This document shows, piece by piece, positions 47,335 through 58,748 of a DNA stretch of 64,000 nt; within the stretch, counting starts at the first letter, position 1, and each line of letters opens with the position of its first letter. The stretch is from Ignavibacteriota bacterium (GTDB taxonomy: Bacteria; Bacteroidota; Ignavibacteria; UBA10030; UBA6906): assembly GCA_963801355.1 (NCBI GenBank), contig CAWDEM010000004.1, positions 864,001 through 928,000 on the forward strand. Direction: 5' to 3'. The translations under genes were made by a program, and so were the position numbers. The notes beneath the pieces are model-generated. The model was not told where the DNA came from. It saw nothing but the letters and a program-made list of their open reading frames with translations, and searched no databases.

Positions 47335-48354
47335 TCACCGTCGTCTCAGAAGGTACACGAACACGGGAGCACCAAGGGCGGCCGTCACCGCACCGACGGG
47401 GATTTCGGCGGGTGCAATAATTGTCCGCGCGAGCGTATCCGCGAGCACCAGAAAGGCACCGCCGAGCAGGAATGAGGAGGGAAGAAGAATTCTGTGATCC
47501 GGACCGAACAAAATCCTGCAGACATGAGGAACGATCAATCCCACGAACCCGATCACTCCGCTCACCGATACCACGGCGCCGGTGATCAGTGACGCCACAA
47601 TATACGTGCGTTTGCGCAACGCGCGCACATTCACGCCCAGCTGCGACGCCGTTTCCTCCCCCGTGGCAATCAGGTTGAACCGCCGTGCATCGAGTCCACC
47701 CAGCGTGACACCGAGGAGTGTCAACGGTCCGGCGATCCAGAGCGATTCCATTTGTGCGCTGCTCAGGTTCCCCATGAGCCAGAGGAACGCATTGCGCAGC
47801 TCCTGGTTGAACAGCGCGAACGTGAGAAGGACGGCTGCGTTGAAGAAGGCGCCGACCATCACTCCGGCAAGCAGGAGCGTATAGGGATCCAGGCGGCCCC
47901 GCCTGTGTGCGAGCATATAGACAAGGAACATGACGAGCGCGGAGCCGGCGAATGATGCGACCGGACCGAACACCATTCCCGCACTCCCGGCGATCGCTGC
48001 CACTAGAATTGTACCCATGGTTCCGCCGCTGGAAATTCCCAGAATATACGGCTCGGCGAGGGGATTGCGGAGCATTGCCTGCAGCATCGCGCCGGCCACG
48101 GAGAGTCCCGCCCCGACAATGATGGCGAGTAATACCCTGGGAAGGCGAATGGCGAGAACGATGGTCCGTTCCGGACCGGTTGCATCACCGATGCCCGTGA
48201 AGGCGGAGATGACATGGGAGAGGGGCACGTTCACGCTGCCGACTGCGAGCGCAAACAGTGAGGTCGCGATGAGAGCGCAGGCAAGAAGGCCCACCATGAA
48301 CCCCAGCCTGGAAGCCGTCAGCGGGCCGCGGTGCCTGAACAGGGCGGGAATCAC
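47335..48354 (-). CDS. FecCD/BtuC-family ABC permease
   Basis: [48 protein letters not shown]. Confidence 0.95.
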   Translation of the reverse strand: MIPALFRHRGPLTASRLGFMVGLLACALIATSLFALAVGSVNVPLSHVISAFTGIGDATGPERTIVLAIRLPRVLLAIIVGAGLSVAGAMLQAMLRNPLAEPYILGISSGGTMGTILVAAIAGSAGMVFGPVASFAGSALVMFLVYMLAHRRGRLDPYTLLLAGVMVGAFFNAAVLLTFALFNQELRNAFLWLMGNLSSAQMESLWIAGPLTLLGVTLGGLDARRFNLIATGEETASQLGVNVRALRKRTYIVASLITGAVVSVSGVIGFVGLIVPHVCRILFGPDHRILLPSSFLLGGAFLVLADTLARTIIAPAEIPVGAVTAALGAPVFVYLLRRR

Positions 48355-49382
48355 ACGAGCTCCGGTGCTGTTGCGCGGGAGGGGCGCGTGGGGCGCCGGG
48401 GCTTCCTGAGTGCAAGGTCAATGGCCTGTATCAGTTCGCGCACTCCGGTACCGCTTACGGCGGAAATGAAATGCATTTCTTTCCGCCCGAGTTTTATGGA
48501 GCGTAATTTCTTGAGCGCGGGACCATCAAGGGTGTCAATTTTCGTTACCGCGACGATCGAACGTTTTCGCGCAAGCTCCGCGTCGAAGCTCTGCAGTTCG
48601 TTGGTCAGCACGGCATAGTCCTCTTTGAGCTTGCCGCGTGGGGCTTCCACCAGAAGGACGAGCACCTTGGTGCGCTGGATGTGACGCAGGAATTGGATGC
48701 CAAGCCCCTTTCCCAGATGTGCGCCCTCTATCAATCCCGGGATATCTGCCACGACAAAACTTCTGCCCTCGGCGACACGCACAATACCGAGGTTCGGAAT
48801 GAGCGTTGTAAAAGGATAGTCGGCGATCTTCGGGCGTGCCGCGGAGATGACCGAGATGAGAGTGGATTTCCCGGCATTCGGTAACCCCACAAGTCCGACA
48901 TCCGCCAACAACTTGAGCTCGAGTTCGATCTCCTTTTCTTCGCCGGGTTCTCCCTTCTCCGCCCGTCGCGGTGCCTGATCCGTGGATGTGGCGAACGTCG
49001 CGTTACCCCGTCCCCCCTTGCCACCCCTGGCGATCACGCATTCTTCTTCATGTTTCGTCAGGTCTGCAAGTATTGTACCCGAAGACACCTCCCGCACCAG
49101 GGTGCCTTCCGGAACCTTGATCACAAGGTCGCTGCCGCTCCTCCCGGTCTTCGTCGAACCGGCGCCGTTTTCGCCCCGGGGGGCGTGATAGACGGTACGG
49201 TATTGAAAATCCAGAAGGGTCGTCAGATGGCGGTTCGCGCGCACGATGATGTCACCCCCTCTTCCGCCGTTACCACCGTCCGGCCCTCCTTTGGGTACAT
49301 ATTTCTCACGGCGGAATCTGACCACACCGTCACCACCGTCGCCGGCTTTGAGAGAGATCTGCACGAGATCGACGAATTTCAT
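48351..49382 (-). CDS. obgE: GTPase ObgE
   Basis: MKFVD...[18 protein letters not shown]; GLPNAGKST; IADYPFTT; DIPG. Confidence 0.98.
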   Translation of the reverse strand: MKFVDLVQISLKAGDGGDGVVRFRREKYVPKGGPDGGNGGRGGDIIVRANRHLTTLLDFQYRTVYHAPRGENGAGSTKTGRSGSDLVIKVPEGTLVREVSSGTILADLTKHEEECVIARGGKGGRGNATFATSTDQAPRRAEKGEPGEEKEIELELKLLADVGLVGLPNAGKSTLISVISAARPKIADYPFTTLIPNLGIVRVAEGRSFVVADIPGLIEGAHLGKGLGIQFLRHIQRTKVLVLLVEAPRGKLKEDYAVLTNELQSFDAELARKRSIVAVTKIDTLDGPALKKLRSIKLGRKEMHFISAVSGTGVRELIQAIDLALRKPRRPTRPSRATAPELV

Positions 49383-50719
49383 TGTTGTGCCGTCCGGAAC
49401 AGGTTGCATCTCTTTTGGAGCACATCGGTGAAGGCAATCGCGGTCTTTTCAAATGGATCAATGTCATTGATATCGAAAAGTTCCCGGAGATACGCGGAAG
49501 TTTCGGCCCACGAATGCATTTCATCGAGTCGCGCAATGACCAGTTCGTAGAACTCCGCGTCCCTGCCGCAAATCACATGGACGAAACGGCGGCGGAGAGG
49601 ATCCGGAATCATCTCCGCCAGACGGGGAGGTGGTCCGGTCCCGGGAAGTTCAGCTTCGGGGGGCTTCAGGAGCTCCTCCCGGAGTGAAGGTATCGTGGGT
49701 GGCGTGAGGTCTTCTTCGAAAGATCCGAACTCCTTGATCGGCGCTTCCTGTGCCGCCGCATCACGCGGTGGAGGTTCCCACGGAGGAATCTCCGGAGGAG
49801 GGGACACATCAATAACGGCTATGTCCGGTAGAGCGTTTTCCGGAACTGCGATTGCCGGTACAGCCATTTCCGGAACCGCCGTTGCCGGCTCAGCACTTTC
49901 GCCCGGCAGCTGCTTTGGAGGCTCCTCCATCGCGGGGGTCAAAGTGGGAGAAGATTGTCCGGCTGCAAAATCCTCGTTCAGCTCGATGAACTCTTCTATG
50001 GTGATATCCGATTTACCCCGCATATGCCAGACGCCCTCGACATATTCGCAGAGCGGGCCGAGTCGCTTGTCTTCGAGGAAGAGAAGCAGTGCGCGGAGAG
50101 CAATCGGCTTGTTCTCGATGTCGGAGGTGAGGAGAAAGAACCGGAATATCGGCCTTGCGAGGAGGCCCCGTTCACGGGGCGTATGTTCGCGGATCACTGC
50201 ATCGTCAATCCGGGCGATGGCGGCGCTGCATTCAGCAGGCGTGACCACTTGTCTGCCGCTGCTGGTCACCATCCGGCGCAGGAGCTGCGGCAGATATGCG
50301 TAGTCGGCAATAAAGTCAAGCTTGTGGAGGAGCATCTCCGTGGTGATTGCCGGCTGATCAAGGAAGAGGAAGCTGGAGAGCGTCCATCGTGGCCGGCAGA
50401 GATAGTTCTCGGTAAAACGTGTGGCATTCTCGAGCAACTCGAGAAATTCGTCCCGGGGAAATACATATTGTCCGGCAGCGTGGGTGAGGAGTGCATCCCG
50501 AACGGCATCCGGGCCTGCGGCCGGAGATGCCAGGCGCGCGAAATGGGGTGCAAGGGTGAGATCTTCTGCCAGCCGGTTGACGATTCCGGTGTGCATATAG
50601 CGGGCCACGCCTGGTGGAATCGGGGCTGCAAGCAACGCGCCCATGGAAAGGAACGATTCTTTGCCGATGGTGCGTGCAATCAGTGTGTCGAGCAGTATGT
50701 CACTGGTGGGAGCGTTCAT
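49379..50719 (-). CDS. Hypothetical protein with Pro/Glu-rich linker
   Basis: Long ORF overlapping its neighbours by 4 nt on both sides (TPR gene and obgE). Confidence 0.8.
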   Translation of the reverse strand: MNAPTSDILLDTLIARTIGKESFLSMGALLAAPIPPGVARYMHTGIVNRLAEDLTLAPHFARLASPAAGPDAVRDALLTHAAGQYVFPRDEFLELLENATRFTENYLCRPRWTLSSFLFLDQPAITTEMLLHKLDFIADYAYLPQLLRRMVTSSGRQVVTPAECSAAIARIDDAVIREHTPRERGLLARPIFRFFLLTSDIENKPIALRALLLFLEDKRLGPLCEYVEGVWHMRGKSDITIEEFIELNEDFAAGQSSPTLTPAMEEPPKQLPGESAEPATAVPEMAVPAIAVPENALPDIAVIDVSPPPEIPPWEPPPRDAAAQEAPIKEFGSFEEDLTPPTIPSLREELLKPPEAELPGTGPPPRLAEMIPDPLRRRFVHVICGRDAEFYELVIARLDEMHSWAETSAYLRELFDINDIDPFEKTAIAFTDVLQKRCNLFRTAQQ

Positions 50720-53700
50720 GGTTTTTGAGGATTCTTCTTCATAATGGCGGAGACGCGGTTGATCTCTTTGCGGGCTGCCGCCTTAAACGTTTCGTCGATG
50801 CCCGGGCGATCGATGATCTGTTTGTACATGGTCAGCGCCTGGTCGGAACGTCCCATTTTTTCGTATGATTGCCCGCACATGTACAAAGAATTCGCGGTCC
50901 AGTCAATCTTTCCCTTTTTGGTTACCAGATAGGGCACCTTCAGGAAATCAAGAATTGCCTGCTGGTAGTCGCCCTTATAGTAGTATGATTCACCGATGTA
51001 GTAGCGGATCTCTCCCTCAAGATCGCTTCCGGCCTCGTCGAGGAGCGACTGGAGGTGCAGCACGGCCTGATCGTGATACCCGAGTCGCTGGTAGAGAATC
51101 CCGATCTTGATTCTCTTGTCAAACGCATCTTCGGCGTTCGGATACAGGTCAAGATACTTGCGCGTGAGCGTGAGCGCACCATCGAACACGCCGGCAGTTT
51201 CGTACGTCTCGATCAGATTGCTCATCGCATACGGGAGCAATGCCGGATCGGGCTGCGGAGAATCGGTGACCACGCGATAGTTCTTGATGGACTCGTCCCA
51301 TTTTTCCGCGCGGTAGTAGATGTTGCCGAGGGCGAAGTGCACTCTCTGAAGAATGCCGGAGTCAAGATGCTCCTTCGTCAGGGTCTCTAACTGTGCGATC
51401 GCTTCCTGAAGACGGTTGGTGGCTTCGTACACCTTGCCGATCCAGAACCGGGCGCCCGGAGCGGAAGGGGTGTCGTCGAATTTGGATGCCACCAGCTGGA
51501 ATGATTTCAGCGCCCCGGCGTATTCCTCTTTGCGGAAGAGCGCGTTGCCCCGTTCCAGCTCGAACTGTGCTGCTTCGTTGTCCGTCTCTTTGTACGTCTT
51601 GAGGAATCCGGAGATTTCTTTGTCGGCCCGGGCGATGTCATCGGTGCGAAGGGTTGCCACAATCGCACGCGCACGGAAATTCCGGCGCTCATTGTCGTCT
51701 TTGGAAAGCTGCGCGAGCAGGGTGTATTGCCTGAGCGCGTCGGAGTACTCGCCGCTTTCGAACAGGATGTCAGCGATTTCCCGGCTTGTTGCTGTTGCCG
51801 GCGCAGCAGCGGCTGCTTGCCTGAAGTAGGAAGTGGCAAGGTCAGCCGATCCCTCATTCTTGTAGATCATGCCGAGTGCCGAATACGCTTCCGCCGCACG
51901 GTCGCCTGTTCCCTCGCCGGCAACGAGGGCGAATAACATCGACTTGGCCTGTTGCGAAGCGCCCGCCAACGCATAGGCTTTGCCAAGGGCGAGGAGGAGC
52001 GAAGGGTCACGATGCCCGGTGGTAGGTGGGAGGGCGGAGACGGGATCGAGCAGTTCCTGGTACTGCTCAATTGCGCTCTGCGGGTCGCCGCTGGCAAGGA
52101 GTGCATCGGCCAGCGCTCGTTGACTCTTGTGATGTGCATCGGTGTAAGGAAAACGGGTGGTGATCTGCTGCAAGAGCTCGACCGCCCGGTCCGCCTGTCC
52201 GCGCTTCAGTGCAAGGTCTCCCAGCGTGCCGAGCACTTCCGGCGTGTGTCTGCCGTCGGGAAATCCCGCACAATACCTGTTCCCCACGGCGACGGCTGAG
52301 TCGGTGAGCCCGGCTGCGAGGAGCATCCGGAATCTGTGATACCCCGCCTGTTCGGCCACGGGTGATGCAGGGGAGATCTGCGCGGCTTCAGTAAACGCGG
52401 CAAGGGCGGCTGCAGTGCTGTCGGCCTTCTCCAGCAGCCTCCCCAACTGCAACACCATCGCATCCCGGTACGGGTAAGCGGGGTTGGCCGTCGTGATGGC
52501 GATATACGCCGCGCGGGCCTCGCCCAGTGAACCTGTGCTGAGCATGAAGATCGCGAGCCGGGCTTCGGCTGCGCGCGGGTCGGTGGGAGTCCGGGTAATG
52601 AATGCCCGGTAGGCTTCGATGGCGGATGGTACGCGTGAGGCGTCCCGGCGCGACAGGAACTCGAGCGACCGCGCCCGCAGATAGAGTGCATCCGGGAGGT
52701 AGGGTGCGCCAGGGTTTCCCGCAATGGCATTGGCGAATTGCGTCGCCGCAGCATCATAGTTCTTGAGGTCTTTGAAGGAGATCTCGCCGAGCCGGTATGC
52801 CATGCTGCTCCGGTCCTTTTCCGACACGACGTCACCTACGAGCAATGCAAGTTTCTCCAGGCCGGCGTCTTTGTTTTTGGCCTCGAACGTCTCAACCGAT
52901 GCGATGTGCTCTTCAGCCTGCTCACGCAAGTCCGAAGAGGGGAAGAGCCTGAGGAACTCGCTGTACAGCTGCAACGCCCTGTCGAATTCGCGCAACTGCT
53001 CCTGGCAGCGGGCGGCGCCGATCAACGCATCATCGGCGAACGCGGATCGCGGATGCCGGTCGGCCAGCATGTCGTAGATCGCCGATGCCTTGCGCGTGTC
53101 ATGAAGGTCGTTCTCCGTAATGACTGCGGATTCGTACAGCACGGCGGGTGTTGCGCGGTGCTCGGGGAATGATTCCGCAAACCTGCCGTAGTATTGTATG
53201 GCGAGATTCGGCGTTCCCTGTTTTCGTGCGTTGTGTGCGAGCTGCAGCAGCGCGTGCTGCGTGTATTCGTCCGACCCCGCGGATTTGAGTAAACGGTTGC
53301 AGGCATCATTCGATTTCCGGAAATCCTGCGCCCGGGCGGCAGTAGAGGCGAGTTTCCATAGCACCTCCGGCACCTGTGCGCCGGCCGGGCTCAATTCAAG
53401 GAAACGACCATATTGTGCGACAGCGTTCTGCATTTCGCCCTGAGCAGCATAGGCGTCGCCGAGCGCTATGACCGCCTCGCGCGCAAGTACGGTGTCGACG
53501 TTTTTTGTCAGGGCCAGAGCTTTCCGGAGATAGTCGATGGCTTCGGAGGTCTTTCCCGCGGCTGCTTCGAGTCTGGCGAGGCTGACAAGGGCACCCTGCA
53601 ACGCCGCGGAGGACTTGTATTGCGTGATGATTTCCTGGTAGTGTGTCCGCGCCTGATCGGGCCGTCCCATGTTCTGCCGGATGTTCCCCAGGATCAGCAA

Positions 53701-54351
53701 TGCCTGCGCGCGGGCATCAGGGGAAGGGTCGCCATCGACGACGCGCTTGAGCTCGTTCTGTGCGAGTGCGAGGTTGCCTTCTTCGAAGTATATCTGGCCG
53801 AGCTGGGTCCGGGCGCCGACGACGGCGGTGCTGGCGGGATACTCCTGCAGGATCCCGCGCAACAACCTGCGGGCATTGTCCCTCTCACCGGCAAGGGCGA
53901 AGTACCGCGCGGCACGCAGCAATGCATCGGGTGCCCACTTGCTCTTCGGGTGGAATACCTTTACGCGTTCATACGCCAGAGCCGCCTCCTTCATGTTACC
54001 GAGCGCGGCATACGCCTCGCCGACATTCCACCATGCCTCGGGCGCGCGGGGATTGTCCTGATACGTCAACGCAAAGGTCTGGAAGGTGATCCGGGCTTCG
54101 TCGTACTGCTTGAGTTGTGATTGCACCAGCCCCAAATAGAACCGCGCTTCGATTCCTTCGGAAGTGGCCGGGTACGCAGCAATGAACTGTTTCAGTTGCT
54201 CGAGGGCGAGATCATACAGCCGGTCGTTGTACAGATTGATCGCGAGCTTGAAGTCGGCGTTTTCTTTGGTGTTCTGGGAGAGTGCAATGGGAGCAGAGGC
54301 AAGCAGCGCTGCAAGAAGGATGGCAAGCGGTACCGTGAACGTGCGTTTCAT
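50716..54351 (-). CDS. Large exported TPR protein (BamD/YbgF-like repeats)
   Basis: Signal peptide MKRTFTVPLAILLAALLA; many A...Y....YP.S..A TPR units. Confidence 0.92.
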   Translation of the reverse strand: MKRTFTVPLAILLAALLASAPIALSQNTKENADFKLAINLYNDRLYDLALEQLKQFIAAYPATSEGIEARFYLGLVQSQLKQYDEARITFQTFALTYQDNPRAPEAWWNVGEAYAALGNMKEAALAYERVKVFHPKSKWAPDALLRAARYFALAGERDNARRLLRGILQEYPASTAVVGARTQLGQIYFEEGNLALAQNELKRVVDGDPSPDARAQALLILGNIRQNMGRPDQARTHYQEIITQYKSSAALQGALVSLARLEAAAGKTSEAIDYLRKALALTKNVDTVLAREAVIALGDAYAAQGEMQNAVAQYGRFLELSPAGAQVPEVLWKLASTAARAQDFRKSNDACNRLLKSAGSDEYTQHALLQLAHNARKQGTPNLAIQYYGRFAESFPEHRATPAVLYESAVITENDLHDTRKASAIYDMLADRHPRSAFADDALIGAARCQEQLREFDRALQLYSEFLRLFPSSDLREQAEEHIASVETFEAKNKDAGLEKLALLVGDVVSEKDRSSMAYRLGEISFKDLKNYDAAATQFANAIAGNPGAPYLPDALYLRARSLEFLSRRDASRVPSAIEAYRAFITRTPTDPRAAEARLAIFMLSTGSLGEARAAYIAITTANPAYPYRDAMVLQLGRLLEKADSTAAALAAFTEAAQISPASPVAEQAGYHRFRMLLAAGLTDSAVAVGNRYCAGFPDGRHTPEVLGTLGDLALKRGQADRAVELLQQITTRFPYTDAHHKSQRALADALLASGDPQSAIEQYQELLDPVSALPPTTGHRDPSLLLALGKAYALAGASQQAKSMLFALVAGEGTGDRAAEAYSALGMIYKNEGSADLATSYFRQAAAAAPATATSREIADILFESGEYSDALRQYTLLAQLSKDDNERRNFRARAIVATLRTDDIARADKEISGFLKTYKETDNEAAQFELERGNALFRKEEYAGALKSFQLVASKFDDTPSAPGARFWIGKVYEATNRLQEAIAQLETLTKEHLDSGILQRVHFALGNIYYRAEKWDESIKNYRVVTDSPQPDPALLPYAMSNLIETYETAGVFDGALTLTRKYLDLYPNAEDAFDKRIKIGILYQRLGYHDQAVLHLQSLLDEAGSDLEGEIRYYIGESYYYKGDYQQAILDFLKVPYLVTKKGKIDWTANSLYMCGQSYEKMGRSDQALTMYKQIIDRPGIDETFKAAARKEINRVSAIMKKNPQKP

Positions 54352-54537
54352 GAGCATACGTCTGATGCGATAGTGACGTGTCATTCTCCCCCTGTGCGTT
54401 TCTCTGCCGTTAAACTACGAGTAATTTGGATGGCTTGCAAGGAAACCGCCGGACAGTTGCCTTTCTTCCCCCTTCTTTGCACCTTGTTCTTCACTAAACC
54501 GTTCCTGCCACCAGTTGTGAACTCCGGCACCACATCC

Positions 54538-55764
54538 ATGAGATTTCCCAGGCTTTCTCTGACACAGTGGATTTTTGTCGGCATGGGCATCGGACTCGTC
54601 CTGGGGTGGTTTGCCCCGGATCTCGCCGTGTCCCTCCGGCCGCTCAGCACAATCTTCCTCCGCCTGATCAGGTCAATCATCGCCCCCCTCATTTTCGCGA
54701 CTCTCGTGGTCGGCATCGCAGGCCATGGCAACATGAAGCAGGTCGGGAGAATGGGCGTGAAAGCGCTGATCTACTTTGAAGTGATCACCACGCTGGCATT
54801 GATCGTCGGCCTGGTCGCCGTCAACCTTACGCGACCGGGCGTGGGAGTCAATATCCATGCGGGGACGCAGACCGGAGAGATTGCCGGGAAACAGCAGTCC
54901 ATCTCCGAAGTGATCACGCACATTTTTCCGCAGAGCATCGTTCAGGCGGCGGCAGAAGGAGAAGTGCTGCAGATTGTCGTCTTTGCTGTCATCTTCAGCT
55001 TTGCACTCGCGTTGATACCGGTGGAGAAACGCAAGGTGATTCTCTCGTTTTGCGACAGTCTCGCAGAAACGATGTTCAAGTTCACCGGCATCGTGATGCG
55101 CTATGCCCCCGTCGGCGTCGGAGCGGCGATTGCGTTCGCCGTCGGCCACCGCGGACTCTCCGTGCTGATCAACCTCGGGCTTCTCATTCTCACTATGTAC
55201 GGGGCACTTCTGGTCTTCTCGGTGGTTGTGCTCGGGGGAGTCGCGCTCATTGCCCGGGTGCCGATTCGCGAGTTCCTCGGTGCAGTGAAAGAACCGGCAC
55301 TGATTGCATTTTCCACCACGAGCTCCGAAGCGGCCCTGCCGAAGGCCATGGAAGGGATGGAAAGGATCGGGGTTCCCAGGCGCATTGTGTCGTTCATCAT
55401 CCCGACGGGCTACAGTTTCAATCTGGATGGCAGCACGCTCTACCTCGCTCTTGCCTCAGTGTTCGTCGCCCAGGCAGCCGGAGTAGAAATGAGCGTCGGC
55501 CAGCAATTGCTGATGATGCTGACGCTGATTTTGACGAGCAAAGGTGTTGCTGGCGTTCCCCGGGCAGCGCTTGTCATCCTCGCGGGCACCGTCGCTTCAT
55601 TCGGGCTGCCGCTCGAGGGGGTCGCCATTATCCTGGGCATCGACGAGATCATGGATATGGGCCGCACCACGGTGAATGTGGTGGGGAACTGCCTCGCGAG
55701 TGTGGTGATCGCCCGGTGGGAAGGGGAATTCCGTCAGGAAGGCGGCGCGGCCACGCCCGTGTGA
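54538..55764 (+). CDS. gltP: Dicarboxylate/amino acid:cation (DAACS) symporter
   Basis: FLRLIRSIIAPLIF, AFSTTSSEAALP, PTGYSFNLDGS, TSKGVAGVP, DMGRTTVNVVGN. Confidence 0.93.
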   Translation: MRFPRLSLTQWIFVGMGIGLVLGWFAPDLAVSLRPLSTIFLRLIRSIIAPLIFATLVVGIAGHGNMKQVGRMGVKALIYFEVITTLALIVGLVAVNLTRPGVGVNIHAGTQTGEIAGKQQSISEVITHIFPQSIVQAAAEGEVLQIVVFAVIFSFALALIPVEKRKVILSFCDSLAETMFKFTGIVMRYAPVGVGAAIAFAVGHRGLSVLINLGLLILTMYGALLVFSVVVLGGVALIARVPIREFLGAVKEPALIAFSTTSSEAALPKAMEGMERIGVPRRIVSFIIPTGYSFNLDGSTLYLALASVFVAQAAGVEMSVGQQLLMMLTLILTSKGVAGVPRAALVILAGTVASFGLPLEGVAIILGIDEIMDMGRTTVNVVGNCLASVVIARWEGEFRQEGGAATPV

Positions 55765-57167
55765 TGCCCCGTAGCGCGTTCGATGTATTCCCGGTTCTTC
55801 TCGTCGCATAACACCCTCCAACCCAGCCGCTCCAGGCGTTCTGCCTCTCCGCGCGGAATCATCGGTACAAACAGAACGGACGTGTTTCCCTTTCGCTGGA
55901 CAACGACGTCATGGACGTCTCTGACAAAGGGACTCCGCACAGGCTCCACGGCATCGTTCTCAAACCAGAAGATCGGTCCCACACCGGTCATAATCACCGT
56001 CCTGTCCGGAACCGTGATGGACGCAAGACTGCTTCGCCATGCATGCAACTCCTGCCGTGTCTGGAATTCCTCAAGCACGAATCCTGTGTGGACGTTGAAT
56101 CCGGGAGTTCCTTTTGCACCCCAGTGCGTGATGACATCCGGGTTGATGAAGGCGAACGATATGAGGCAAAGCGTGAAGAGCGCAATCGCGCGGGGAGTGG
56201 CCAGACGGTCCAGGAGCAGCAGGAGAAAGGGAAGAGCGGAGAGAAGATAAGATTTTTCGAACGGAAAGAGTACAAAGGGAACAATAAGGACACTCACGGC
56301 GATCAACGACGGGCGGAAGAGGGAATCACGGGTCGCCCATGCAGATCTCCATGCAGCGGGCCTCGCGAGGATCCATGCCGCGCCGATGACGGCCAGAGGC
56401 CCGATGGCATAGACGGCACGATACGCGCACGTGAGCAGTCTCTCCGTCAGACTCATTCTGTCCGCATCGAATTGTCTGGAGAGCTGGGAGAGCCAGCCGG
56501 ACATTCCGTAGGTATGGAAAACCGGAAGAAAAACGATCAGGGCCGTGACACAGGAGGCAGCAAGAAACTTCATCACCACGATCCACATGGTATTCCGGGA
56601 GGAAAGTGCAGAGGGGGACAGCGTTTTGTGCATGGAGATTTCCGCAAGCAGCAGTGAGACCAGCGGGATCAGGAGCACGCCATTTGCCGGTCGAAATCCA
56701 ATGGCGAGGCCGGCCCAGATTCCCGCGCTAAGGGGTTTCATCTTCAAGCCGGCGTGCATCGCCAGAAGAATCATGAGTATCGACCAGACGTAGTCCATCG
56801 TCGTGGCGGAGTTCACCCAGAACAACGGAGCGAACGCGAAGGCGAAAGTGAGCGGGGCCGGTCGTTTGGTGCGGCCCTGCACGAGCCTATGCCACACCAT
56901 GACCGTCATGAGGGACACGGCAAGCGTCGCAGCGTTTGAGAGCATTGATCCGCCGAGACCGACGAGGGGAGCGGAAACGATCTCATGCGCGGGATAGCCC
57001 GGAGGTCTGGACATTTCATAGACTCCCGAGGTCCAGAGTGTGTAGCTGACCTGTGCCACTCTCCAGGCATCCCCGTCGGATCCGTAGCCCGTGTACAGGA
57101 ACGGGAGCCGCGTAACGACAATTGCCAGAACGAAGAGGGCGGGAAGGAATTTCGGGGTACCGGTCAT
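55734..57167 (-). CDS. Multi-TM membrane protein, possibly a GT-C-type glycosyltransferase
   Basis: DGDAW and SRPPGYP in the first loop; many TM segments. Confidence 0.6.
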   Translation of the reverse strand: MTGTPKFLPALFVLAIVVTRLPFLYTGYGSDGDAWRVAQVSYTLWTSGVYEMSRPPGYPAHEIVSAPLVGLGGSMLSNAATLAVSLMTVMVWHRLVQGRTKRPAPLTFAFAFAPLFWVNSATTMDYVWSILMILLAMHAGLKMKPLSAGIWAGLAIGFRPANGVLLIPLVSLLLAEISMHKTLSPSALSSRNTMWIVVMKFLAASCVTALIVFLPVFHTYGMSGWLSQLSRQFDADRMSLTERLLTCAYRAVYAIGPLAVIGAAWILARPAAWRSAWATRDSLFRPSLIAVSVLIVPFVLFPFEKSYLLSALPFLLLLLDRLATPRAIALFTLCLISFAFINPDVITHWGAKGTPGFNVHTGFVLEEFQTRQELHAWRSSLASITVPDRTVIMTGVGPIFWFENDAVEPVRSPFVRDVHDVVVQRKGNTSVLFVPMIPRGEAERLERLGWRVLCDEKNREYIERATGHHTGVAAPPS

Positions 57168-57228
57168 CCTGTAATACTAAGCGTATTTTCCGCGTCCCGC
57201 AAGACGGCAGGCCCCTGATCCCGGTTGG

Positions 57229-57296
57229 ATTCTCGGAGTTGGCAAGTTGTCGGAGCTGATGAGTTCTCGGAGCTGGTGAATTCCAGGAGTTGGGAA
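57229..57296. repeat. Degenerate 17-bp tandem repeat x4
   Basis: ATTCTCGGAGTTGGCAA / GTTGTCGGAGCTGATGA / GTTCTCGGAGCTGGTGA / ATTCCAGGAGTTGGGAA. Confidence 0.8.
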
Positions 57297-57430
57297 TTCC
57301 CTCCCCGCCATTCTCATTAGTTGGAAGCCGGCGCCGGAAAACGCTTGAATTGTGGACGATTTCGGGGCATGAATATTGCTTAGCTAATTAATGGGTTAAC
57401 CCGATAACCCTCTAACCGGAGGAACCCGCT

Positions 57431-58192
57431 TTGAAAAAACAGATCCCCGATCCCACCCTCCAACGGGAAAGCATCATCCCTCTCTACTACCAGCTCATGG
57501 AGATCCTGATTGATCAGATTGAAACAGGCCTCCTGAACCCCGGTGATCCCGTTCCCTCGGAAAATCAGCTGTGCAGGAAGTACGGTGTGAGCAAGAATAC
57601 CGTCCTTCAGGCAATCCAGGCTCTCGTGAACAAGAGGCTGATCTATCGCACACGGGGGAAAGGCACTTTTGTAGCGAACCCGAAGATCACGCAAAGCATC
57701 ACCTCGATGCTGAGCTTTTCATCGGAAATGGTGGGGCTCAACGGTTCATTGAAGAACAGATCGATCGAGTCCAAGGAAGTTCCCGCACTTCCCGCCATCG
57801 CCCGTCACCTCGGGATTCCCGAGAACATGCCCGTCTTTCACATTCAGATACTCCGGGAAGCGCAGGGGAAGCCGATCGCGCTTCAAACATCGTTTCTCCC
57901 GTCCGATCTCTGTCCGGGATTGATCCATACCCCTTTCGAAGGAGGGTCGCTGCTCAAGACGCTTCAGGACCGGTACGGGCTTCGGATCGACTCGGTCAGG
58001 GAGACATTTCAGGCCGTCAAATCGGATGCGTATGAAGCCAGGCTTCTTGAAATCAGGATCGGCGATCCGCTGGTGCTCCTCGAACGACTGTCCACCGAAA
58101 AAGGAGGACGGATCATCGAGCTGGTCAGGACGCTGCTGCGGGGAGATCGATGCAAGTTTGATATCGAACTGAAGAGAGGGACGACTTCATGA
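57431..58192 (+). CDS. GntR-family regulator (HutC/UTRA subfamily)
   Basis: GGAGG RBS; PLYYQL, PSENQLCRKYGVS, RGKGTFV; UTRA-like C-domain. Confidence 0.95.
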   Translation: MKKQIPDPTLQRESIIPLYYQLMEILIDQIETGLLNPGDPVPSENQLCRKYGVSKNTVLQAIQALVNKRLIYRTRGKGTFVANPKITQSITSMLSFSSEMVGLNGSLKNRSIESKEVPALPAIARHLGIPENMPVFHIQILREAQGKPIALQTSFLPSDLCPGLIHTPFEGGSLLKTLQDRYGLRIDSVRETFQAVKSDAYEARLLEIRIGDPLVLLERLSTEKGGRIIELVRTLLRGDRCKFDIELKRGTTS

Positions 58193-58740
58193 ATCAATGG
58201 GAGTCCTGGATTGATCCATTCGTCCCCCCTCCGCCGGAGATCGAACTGGCCGGTGTGCGGCGGCCGTTCCTGACCCCGAAGCGGATTGCACGCATCTCCA
58301 TCTTCATCGCCCTGAGCGCCGTGGGCGCGATGACGAAGATTCCGAGTCCGACAGGAACGGTCGCGTTGGATTCGTGCATGGGGTATTTCTCTGCGGTTGC
58401 ATTCGGCTATGGCGAGGGCGCCATGGTTGCAGCGATGGGTCATCTGCTCACAGCTCTGACAACCGGGTTTCCCCTCGGCCTCCCCATACATCTCTACATT
58501 GCGTTGCAGATGGCTTGCTGGGTGATGGCGTACAGGTTCTTTGCGACCCGGATTCACCCGACTGTCGGGATCATTGTTGCGACGGCGCTCAACGGCATTG
58601 CCTCCGCCTATCTCATCGTCCCGTTTGGAGGAATCGGACTTGCCGCCGCACTCGTGGTCCCTCTGACCATCGGGTCATTTGCCAATGTGGCGATAGCCGC
58701 CGCTGCTTATGCGGTCGTCAAGAAGAGTAATCTCATCTGA
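58189..58740 (+). CDS. cblT: ECF S-component, CblT (alpha-ribazole transporter)-like
   Basis: IALSAVGA..KIPSPTGTVALDS, GHLLTALTTGFPLG, ALNG; adjacent to a CblS-like gene. Confidence 0.75.
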   Translation: MNQWESWIDPFVPPPPEIELAGVRRPFLTPKRIARISIFIALSAVGAMTKIPSPTGTVALDSCMGYFSAVAFGYGEGAMVAAMGHLLTALTTGFPLGLPIHLYIALQMACWVMAYRFFATRIHPTVGIIVATALNGIASAYLIVPFGGIGLAAALVVPLTIGSFANVAIAAAAYAVVKKSNLI

Positions 58741-58748
58741 GTGATTCT

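Noticed and set aside
54121-54537. 139-aa N-terminal extension of the symporter in the ORF track
   Set aside because: It overlaps the divergent TPR gene; family similarity begins at ATG 54538.
57229-57296. CRISPR array
   Set aside because: Units are 17 bp, degenerate and adjacent with no spacers; no cas genes.
57168-57430. Cobalamin riboswitch upstream of the cblT/cblS-like genes
   Set aside because: No recognisable B12-box or conserved core seen; a GntR gene heads the cluster instead.
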